This document shows, one piece after another, positions 50,391 through 56,620 of a DNA stretch of 56,620 nucleotides. The notes beneath the pieces were generated by a model, which saw nothing but the letters and a program-made list of their open reading frames with translations, did not search any database and was not told where the DNA came from. A program made the translations under genes and the position numbers. The stretch's first letter is position 1. Each line of letters begins with the position of its first letter. The DNA lies in assembly GCA_014729795.1 (NCBI GenBank), contig WJJI01000028.1, forward strand, positions 1 to 56,620. The letters are read 5' to 3'. This DNA is from Candidatus Moraniibacteriota bacterium. Lineage in GTDB: Bacteria > Patescibacteriota > Minisyncoccia > CAIUEV01 > JAHKAQ01.

Positions 50391-53300
50391 TCAATGATAA
50401 TTATCAACATAATCATCCCAGCTTTTGATCTTCAAAACCGGATTTTTTTCCAAAGACCGTACTATTAATTTAGCTACCTGTAAATTATTTATCAAAGGAA
50501 TATTACCGTCAATTGTCGCTCTTCTAATATAATAACCCTTGGTAGCGCCTTTTTTATTTAAACTTTTAGGAATATTAATTACCAATTCAATGTTTTTGCT
50601 TAAAAACTGATTTAAAATCTGAGTATGGTCTTTGACTTGATTTTTGGGAAATTTTAATTTTAATAATTGTAATTTCACGCCTCGTTTTGAAGCCACTTCG
50701 GTTGTTTTTTCAGTGGCATAAATCCGATAGCCCAAGGCTTTTAATCGTTCAAAATAACTGATAAAATCAAGCTTAACTTCAAGCGGACCCAGAGATACAA
50801 AAATACTCTTTTTAGGTTTTTGAAACCCTATCGCGTACATTGATTTCAAGAAAGCTTCTTCTAGGGAATCGCCAATGGTTGCTACCTCGCCGGTAGAGGT
50901 CATTTCCACGCCCAAAACAGGATCAGCTCCCTTTAATCGAGAAAAAGAAAATTGCGGCGCTTTAACTCCAATATAGTCTAAGTCAATGGTATTATACTGT
51001 TCATCTTTATTGTCTTCACGCATAACCTGAGCCGCGATTTTGATAAAATTATAACCGGTTGTCTTACTGGAAAATGGAAAGGAGCGACTTGCTCTTAGGT
51101 TGCACTCAATTACTTTTATATCATTGGCTTTGGCTAAAAATTGAATATTAAACGGCCCGGTAATTTTCAAGGCCTGAGCAATATTTTTTGTAATTCTTTT
51201 AATCCTTCTGATTGTCTCTAAATACAATTTCTGGCCTGGCAAAGCAATGGTAGCGTCGCCGCTATGTACTCCGGCGTGCTCTATGTGCTCTCCAATCGCA
51301 TAAATCAACACATCGCCTTGATTGGCCACCGCATCAATTTCTATTTCTTTGGCGCCGACTTCAAATTTGCTAACAACCACCGGATGCTCCTTGGAGATCT
51401 GAGTGGCAATATCCAAATAATTACGCAAATGCGCTTTATTAAAAGCCACGCTCATGGCCATACCGCTTAAAACATAAGAAGGTCTAACCAAGACCGGGTA
51501 GCCCACTTTTTTGGCAAAAGCCAAAGCTTTTTCGATGCTGGTTAACTCCTTCCATTGCGGTTGAGAAATTTGTAGCATATCCAACAAGCTGGAAAACTTG
51601 TGTCGATCTTCGGCTCTATCAATATTTTTAGGGTCGGTTCCTAAAATTTTCACTCCGCTTTTATTCAAAGCCAATGCTAAATTATTCGGCACCTGTCCGC
51701 CCACCGAGATTATTATTCCATTCGGCTTTTCCTGATCCCAAATATCCAAAACTCGCTCTTCGCTTAATTCATCAAAGTATAATTTATCACATTCATCATA
51801 ATCAGTTGAAACGGTTTCCGGATTATAATTTACCATTACTGTCTCATAGCCGGCTTTACGAAAATCTCTAATCGTATTCACGCAACACCAATCGAATTCA
51901 ACCGAAGAACCAATGCAATATGGGCCGCTGCCTAAAACCACAACTTTATTTTTTGCTTTTTGAGTTGCTTTTATGTCATTCTCCCAACCGTTATATGTAA
52001 AGTAAAGATAATTGGTTTTAGCCGGAAATTCGGCCGCCATGGTATCAATCCGTTTTACTACTGGAATAATTCCCAACTCTTTTCTTAGTTTTCTAACCTC
52101 CCTCTCATTAACCATCAAATACCAACCAATTTGCGCGTCTGAATAACCTAATTGCTTGGCTTGTCTTAAAATTCCAATGGCGCGTTTTTTTTGCTTTACC
52201 CCCTTTATCAAAAAAGCCGTGTGTTTTTTATAAATATTTCTTATATGTTTGATGGTTTTACTTTTGTATTTGTCTAGCTTCTCAAATTTTAAATATTTAA
52301 TTAAGTTATGAATTTCGTTTCTATACTCAGATATTTGCCTTAATTTATATAAAAACCAAGGGTCAATCTGACTAAGCTTAGCGATTTCCTTCACGCTCCA
52401 ACCATCTTCAAGTGCTTTGGCAATGGCAAAAATTCGTCTTGGAGTTGGTTTCCTAATTTCTTTGGCTAAATTTTTAAATTCAAAACTCCAATCTGTAAAG
52501 CCATAAGAACCGGTCTGAAGCATCCTGATAGCTTTTTGCAAAGCTTCGGCAAAATTTCTACCAATAGCCATAACCTCACCCACGCTTTTCATTTCCGAGC
52601 CAATTTCCAAATTAACCTTTCGGAACTTGTTTAAATCCCAACGTGGAAATTTAACTACCACGTAATCTAAAGCCGGCTCAAAGCAAGCTGTGGTTTTTTG
52701 AGTAATCGCATTTTTAATCCGCCAAAGCTTTTGCCCTAATCCAAGCTTTGCCGCGATGTAGGCTAAAGGGTAACCGGTAGCCTTGGAAGCCAAAGCCGAT
52801 GATCTACTTAAACGAGCGTTCACCTCAATAACTCGATAGTCAAGACTTTCCGGGTCAAGCGCGAATTGAATATTGCCTTCCCCCACAATACCCAAATGTT
52901 TCATTACTTTAATCCCGACTGATCGTAAAAAATGATACTCGCGATTATTCAAGGTTTGGCTTGGCGCAACCACGATTGATTCGCCGGTGTGAACTCCCAA
53001 AGGATCAAAGTTTTCCATATTACAAACTGTCACGCAATTATCATATTCATCTCGAACAACTTCATATTCAATTTCTTTCCAACCTTTTAATGATTCCTCC
53101 AGCAAGACCTGTTTGGAATAGCTAAAAGCCGTATCCAATAATGCTTCCAACTGTTCCTGATTTTTTGCAAAACCCGATCCCTGACCTCCTAAAGAATAGG
53201 CCGCCCGTACAATAATTGGATAACCGATTTTTTTGATCATGGTCAAAGCTTGTTTTTTCGAGCTTACTGCTATGCTTTTCGGGGTTTTAACTTTAATTTT

Positions 53301-53705
53301 TTTTAATTCTTTAACAAACAAATCCCGATCTTCGGTTTTCATAATTGTCCTAATCGAAGTACCAAGTATTTTTATTCCATATTTTTTTAAAACTCCCTTT
53401 TCATGTAATTCTAATCCGCAATTTAATGCGGTTTGACCGCCAAAAGCCAGCATTATCGCTTCTGGTTTTTCTTTTTCAATAACCTGTTTTACAAACTCAT
53501 ACCTTACCGGCAAAAAATATACCTTATCAGCCAATCCTTTATCGGTTTGTACCGTGGCAATATTCGGATTCACTAAAATTATTTCAAGTTTTTCCTCTTT
53601 CATTGCTTTAATTGCTTGACTGCCTGAATAATCAAACTCGCCAGCCTGACCAATTTTTAAGCCTCCGGAACCCAATAATAAAACTTTTTTAATTTTTTCT
53701 GCCAT
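50391..53705 (-). CDS. carB: Carbamoyl-phosphate synthase large subunit
   Basis: IGQAGEFDYSG, HTGES, NPETVSTD, HSGDA; two ATP-grasp domains plus MGS-like tail. Confidence 0.99.
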   Translation of the reverse strand: MAEKIKKVLLLGSGGLKIGQAGEFDYSGSQAIKAMKEEKLEIILVNPNIATVQTDKGLADKVYFLPVRYEFVKQVIEKEKPEAIMLAFGGQTALNCGLELHEKGVLKKYGIKILGTSIRTIMKTEDRDLFVKELKKIKVKTPKSIAVSSKKQALTMIKKIGYPIIVRAAYSLGGQGSGFAKNQEQLEALLDTAFSYSKQVLLEESLKGWKEIEYEVVRDEYDNCVTVCNMENFDPLGVHTGESIVVAPSQTLNNREYHFLRSVGIKVMKHLGIVGEGNIQFALDPESLDYRVIEVNARLSRSSALASKATGYPLAYIAAKLGLGQKLWRIKNAITQKTTACFEPALDYVVVKFPRWDLNKFRKVNLEIGSEMKSVGEVMAIGRNFAEALQKAIRMLQTGSYGFTDWSFEFKNLAKEIRKPTPRRIFAIAKALEDGWSVKEIAKLSQIDPWFLYKLRQISEYRNEIHNLIKYLKFEKLDKYKSKTIKHIRNIYKKHTAFLIKGVKQKKRAIGILRQAKQLGYSDAQIGWYLMVNEREVRKLRKELGIIPVVKRIDTMAAEFPAKTNYLYFTYNGWENDIKATQKAKNKVVVLGSGPYCIGSSVEFDWCCVNTIRDFRKAGYETVMVNYNPETVSTDYDECDKLYFDELSEERVLDIWDQEKPNGIIISVGGQVPNNLALALNKSGVKILGTDPKNIDRAEDRHKFSSLLDMLQISQPQWKELTSIEKALAFAKKVGYPVLVRPSYVLSGMAMSVAFNKAHLRNYLDIATQISKEHPVVVSKFEVGAKEIEIDAVANQGDVLIYAIGEHIEHAGVHSGDATIALPGQKLYLETIRRIKRITKNIAQALKITGPFNIQFLAKANDIKVIECNLRASRSFPFSSKTTGYNFIKIAAQVMREDNKDEQYNTIDLDYIGVKAPQFSFSRLKGADPVLGVEMTSTGEVATIGDSLEEAFLKSMYAIGFQKPKKSIFVSLGPLEVKLDFISYFERLKALGYRIYATEKTTEVASKRGVKLQLLKLKFPKNQVKDHTQILNQFLSKNIELVINIPKSLNKKGATKGYYIRRATIDGNIPLINNLQVAKLIVRSLEKNPVLKIKSWDDYVDNYH

Positions 53706-54806
53706 TTATAGCATCTTAACGAATTTTTCAATTAACCAGGCCGTATCCTGCGGCCCCGGAAAAGCTTCAGGGTGAAATTGAACCGCGAAGAATCGCTCAT
53801 TATCGTGTTTAATCCCTTCAATCGTCCCGTCATTAACATTAATAAACCAAGGTTTCCAATCTCTGTTTAAGCTATTTTTAGCCACCACAAAACCGTGATT
53901 TTGGCTGGTTAAATAACAACGACTGGTACCAATTTCTTGACAAGGTTGATTTTGACTTCGATGACCAAATTTTAATTTATAGGTTTTTGCCTTAGCCGCC
54001 AAAGCCATTAATTGATTACCTAAACAAATCCCGAAAATCGGTTTTTTACCCTGAAAAGCCTTTGCAATATTTGCAATTGTTTGTTGATTTACCATTGGAT
54101 CTCCCGGGCCATTGGAAATGAAGATTCCCTGACATTTTTCTTTGGTAAAGTCATAATCGTAAGGAACTCGCAAAACCTCCAAACCAAAATCCAAAAAACT
54201 CCTTAGAATGTTATTCTTAACCCCGCAATCAACCACCACAATTCGTTTGGGTTTCTTCCAATATTTATTGCCGCTTATTTTTTTGCTCGGTTTATAGTTA
54301 ATTGGCTTTTTTACGCATACCTGAGCCACTAAATTTTCTTGATTTGGATCCCGAAAATCCAATTTTGATTTTTTTTTATCTGCCGAAAAAATTATTTTTC
54401 CCAACATCACTCCTTTGCTGCGCAATTTTTTGGTTAAAGCTCGGGTATCAACTCCAAAAATTGCCGGGATTCCTTGTTCTTGTAAAAACTTACCCAAACT
54501 CTTAGTTGCCTGCCAATGATTGTAGTTAACCGAATAATCAGCTACCACCAAACCGCTAATTTGCGCTCTGTTTGATTCAAAGTATTTTGCCAAACCGTTT
54601 TCCTTGTCTGTTGCCGGAATTCCATAATTTCCAATCAAAGGATAAGTTAAAACTAAAATTTGTCCACGATATGAAGGATCGGTTAAACTTTCTGGATAGC
54701 CTACCATACCGGTATTAAAAACAACTTCCCCAGTCTTGGCTTTTTCAAAACCAAACGATTCCCCTTCAAAAACCGTTTTATCTTCCAATATTAGCTTTGC
54801 TTTCAT
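53706..54806 (-). CDS. carA: Carbamoyl-phosphate synthase small subunit
   Basis: GEVVFNT, TDPSY, SNGPGDP, GICLG, QFHPEA. Confidence 0.99.
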   Translation of the reverse strand: MKAKLILEDKTVFEGESFGFEKAKTGEVVFNTGMVGYPESLTDPSYRGQILVLTYPLIGNYGIPATDKENGLAKYFESNRAQISGLVVADYSVNYNHWQATKSLGKFLQEQGIPAIFGVDTRALTKKLRSKGVMLGKIIFSADKKKSKLDFRDPNQENLVAQVCVKKPINYKPSKKISGNKYWKKPKRIVVVDCGVKNNILRSFLDFGLEVLRVPYDYDFTKEKCQGIFISNGPGDPMVNQQTIANIAKAFQGKKPIFGICLGNQLMALAAKAKTYKLKFGHRSQNQPCQEIGTSRCYLTSQNHGFVVAKNSLNRDWKPWFINVNDGTIEGIKHDNERFFAVQFHPEAFPGPQDTAWLIEKFVKML

Positions 54807-54859
54807 GATTTATTAACCTGTTTCTATTTATTTAGACACACTCACCTAAAGCTTCCTAT

Positions 54860-54885
54860 AAAAAAATTCCCTGTTTTGGGAATTT
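54860..54885 (-). terminator. Intrinsic terminator (candidate attenuator) upstream of carA
   Basis: Minus strand AAATTCCC-AAAACA-GGGAATTT running into a U7 tract, 53 nt before the carA ATG. Confidence 0.7.
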
Positions 54886-54887
54886 AA

Positions 54888-54977
54888 TTACTGAGCTAAA
54901 TATGATATTTGATTGCGGGTCAACACCAATCTTGTTTGTTTTGGTGATATGTTTAAAAACCTAAAGAATTTATTCAT
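54888..54977 (-). CDS. Candidate pyr leader peptide (29 aa, not in ORF track)
   Basis: MNKFFRFLNISPKQTRLVLTRNQISYLAQ; stop codon ends 2 nt before the terminator hairpin. Confidence 0.45.
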   Translation of the reverse strand: MNKFFRFLNISPKQTRLVLTRNQISYLAQ

Positions 54978-55052
54978 AAAAAAGTTAATTTATCAATTTT
55001 ATTATCTTCATTTACTTGGGAAAAATTTTTTCCTCGTTTTTTTACATCTAGA

Positions 55053-56222
55053 TTAATTTAGCACAGACTCAAATACCCTGCAAGTCTCATTTGCGCATCT
55101 ATCCCAAGAGAATTTCCCGACTTGTTTTAATCCCTTTTTGATCATCTTTTTCTGAGCTTTTTGATCTTTTAATACCTCAACTAAGCTATTAAATAAATCA
55201 TCCAATCTTTTTTCATGAAAGTACCTAACCGCCTCGCCTCCAACTTCAGTTAAGCTGGAATTTCTAGCCGCCACTACCGGAATTCCGCAGGCCATGGCTT
55301 CTAACATTGGCATACCAAAACCCTCATACAAGCTTGGCAAAACAAACAGCTCAGCTCCTCCCAATAAATAAGGCAGTTCCTGGGTTTCAAATTGCCCGGT
55401 AAAAATAATATCTGTACTATATCGTGATTCTCGAGCCGCTTTTGTTACGCCTTCGTGCATCCATGCTTTTTCACCGGCAATCACTAATTTCAAATCTTTA
55501 AATTCTTGATGATAAATATAATAATCTTTTAATTTTTTAAAGGCTTTTATTAAAAGCTTTAAATTTTTTCTTGGCTGAATCGCTCCGGTATAGATAATAT
55601 AGCGACTATTAATGTTATATTTGGCCATAACTTTTTCAATTTTAGCCGTATTTTTAGCCTTTTCAGGATTAAAAAGCTTTTGATTATAACCATGATACAC
55701 AACCGCTACTTTATTTGGAGAAACTTGATAATATTTTATAATATCTCGACGGGTGTTTTCTGAAACCGCAATAATCTTGTCCGCTCTTTTTATTGCTTGT
55801 TTGGTAAAATTAGTTAATAAAAAATGATCCTTGCTTAAAAAATATCGTCCATAAACCTTGAAGGCCAAATCATGAATCGTAACCACTACTTTTATATTCT
55901 TGGGTAAGTAAAAAGGCACGGTTTGCAAAGGCATCCACAATAAATCCGGCTTGTCTCGGGCAAGTTCAAAAGGAAACTTTAATTGAGTCCAAAAAAATGG
56001 AGAATAAGACTTCTTTAAAATATAATTCTTAAACTTTTTAAATTCTAGTTGCTTGTTAACCTTGCCTTTTAAGTATATTAAATATTTATTATTTTTATCA
56101 ACTAAACCGATTTTATCTAAAAGATTCTGGATGTAAATTCGGGTGCCATCTACCCTATTATAGCACAAATCAGCCGCATCAACCGCGATTTTATAAGATC
56201 CTTGGTTATTATTATTAGTCAT
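55053..56222 (-). CDS. Glycosyltransferase family 4 (GT-B)
   Basis: TIHDL, AVSE.T, PRKN, PSLYEGFGMPMLEAMACG. Confidence 0.95.
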   Translation of the reverse strand: MTNNNNQGSYKIAVDAADLCYNRVDGTRIYIQNLLDKIGLVDKNNKYLIYLKGKVNKQLEFKKFKNYILKKSYSPFFWTQLKFPFELARDKPDLLWMPLQTVPFYLPKNIKVVVTIHDLAFKVYGRYFLSKDHFLLTNFTKQAIKRADKIIAVSENTRRDIIKYYQVSPNKVAVVYHGYNQKLFNPEKAKNTAKIEKVMAKYNINSRYIIYTGAIQPRKNLKLLIKAFKKLKDYYIYHQEFKDLKLVIAGEKAWMHEGVTKAARESRYSTDIIFTGQFETQELPYLLGGAELFVLPSLYEGFGMPMLEAMACGIPVVAARNSSLTEVGGEAVRYFHEKRLDDLFNSLVEVLKDQKAQKKMIKKGLKQVGKFSWDRCANETCRVFESVLN

Positions 56223-56547
56223 TAAATCTTTTATTGTTTTAATTGAAAATAAAAAATATTATAAGTTACGAACTTAAAAAACCCGCTACCCGATAACACA
56301 ATATAACAAGAGTTCCATATTATAAAAAAATTTACCAAAAAAAAGAATTTGCCGTAAGTGATTGTTTTATTGAATAACGGACCTTTAAATGTCTAAATGT
56401 CAATATAGCATATCTTCCCTTTTTTTAACATTATATCGTTTTTTATGCGCACCTCCTTGACTCCTCGCCCTCTCTCCTGTATAGTTTAAGCGTCCTATCA
56501 CAAACATCAACAAACCAAAAATAAAAATCAATCATTATACATATATC

Positions 56548-56620
56548 ATGAAAAAAACTTACGTTAAAATCATTAATCTTTTTTTAATCGTTTGTTTGCT
56601 TGGTTTTGGTCTGCCTTTAT
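56548..56620 (+). CDS. 5' end of a secreted/membrane protein (runs off window)
   Basis: ATG then KKTYVKIINLFLIVCLLGFGLPL, signal-peptide-like, open to the window end. Confidence 0.55.
   Translation, partial: MKKTYVKIINLFLIVCLLGFGLPL

Noticed and set aside
56261-56362. Possible further repeat copy (AGTTACG...AAAATTTACCAAA...CGTAAGT); similar weak remnants at 27070, 28085, 34415 and 50365
   Set aside because: Too degenerate to call by eye; needs a profile search.

Overview
Low-GC, gene-dense bacterial chromosomal segment. It is most consistent with a Patescibacteria (CPR/Parcubacteria-like) genome; this is inferred from the short AlaS, short ATP synthase delta, AT-rich SD-less starts and gene repertoire. 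Genetic code 11 fits all long ORFs. Contents in order: stand-alone 60-aa class III RNR glycyl-radical tail plus NrdG-type activase; serS, ftsQ-like, alaS; peptidoglycan-hydrolase/lipoprotein trio next to tRNA-Leu(CAA); rmuC, dnaE, UvrD-nuclease fusion, ftsW, trmD, corA, cysS, adenosine deaminase; F1Fo ATP synthase operon with an inserted beta-carbonic anhydrase-like gene and no epsilon gene; PBP, murG, ackA, rpsT, holA, porDC, ispG, prs; and a co-directional cluster joining de novo pyrimidine synthesis (carAB pyrBCDKE, no pyrF) to rpiB-hps-phi. Main candidates for novelty: (1) a dispersed, transcription-oriented, covarying intergenic inverted-repeat family (about 10 copies); (2) a possible autonomous glycyl-radical 'spare part' for class III RNR; (3) a reverse-RuMP-to-pyrimidine gene cluster preceded by an unannotated leader peptide and terminator attenuator. 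All calls are from visual inspection; no searches were run.
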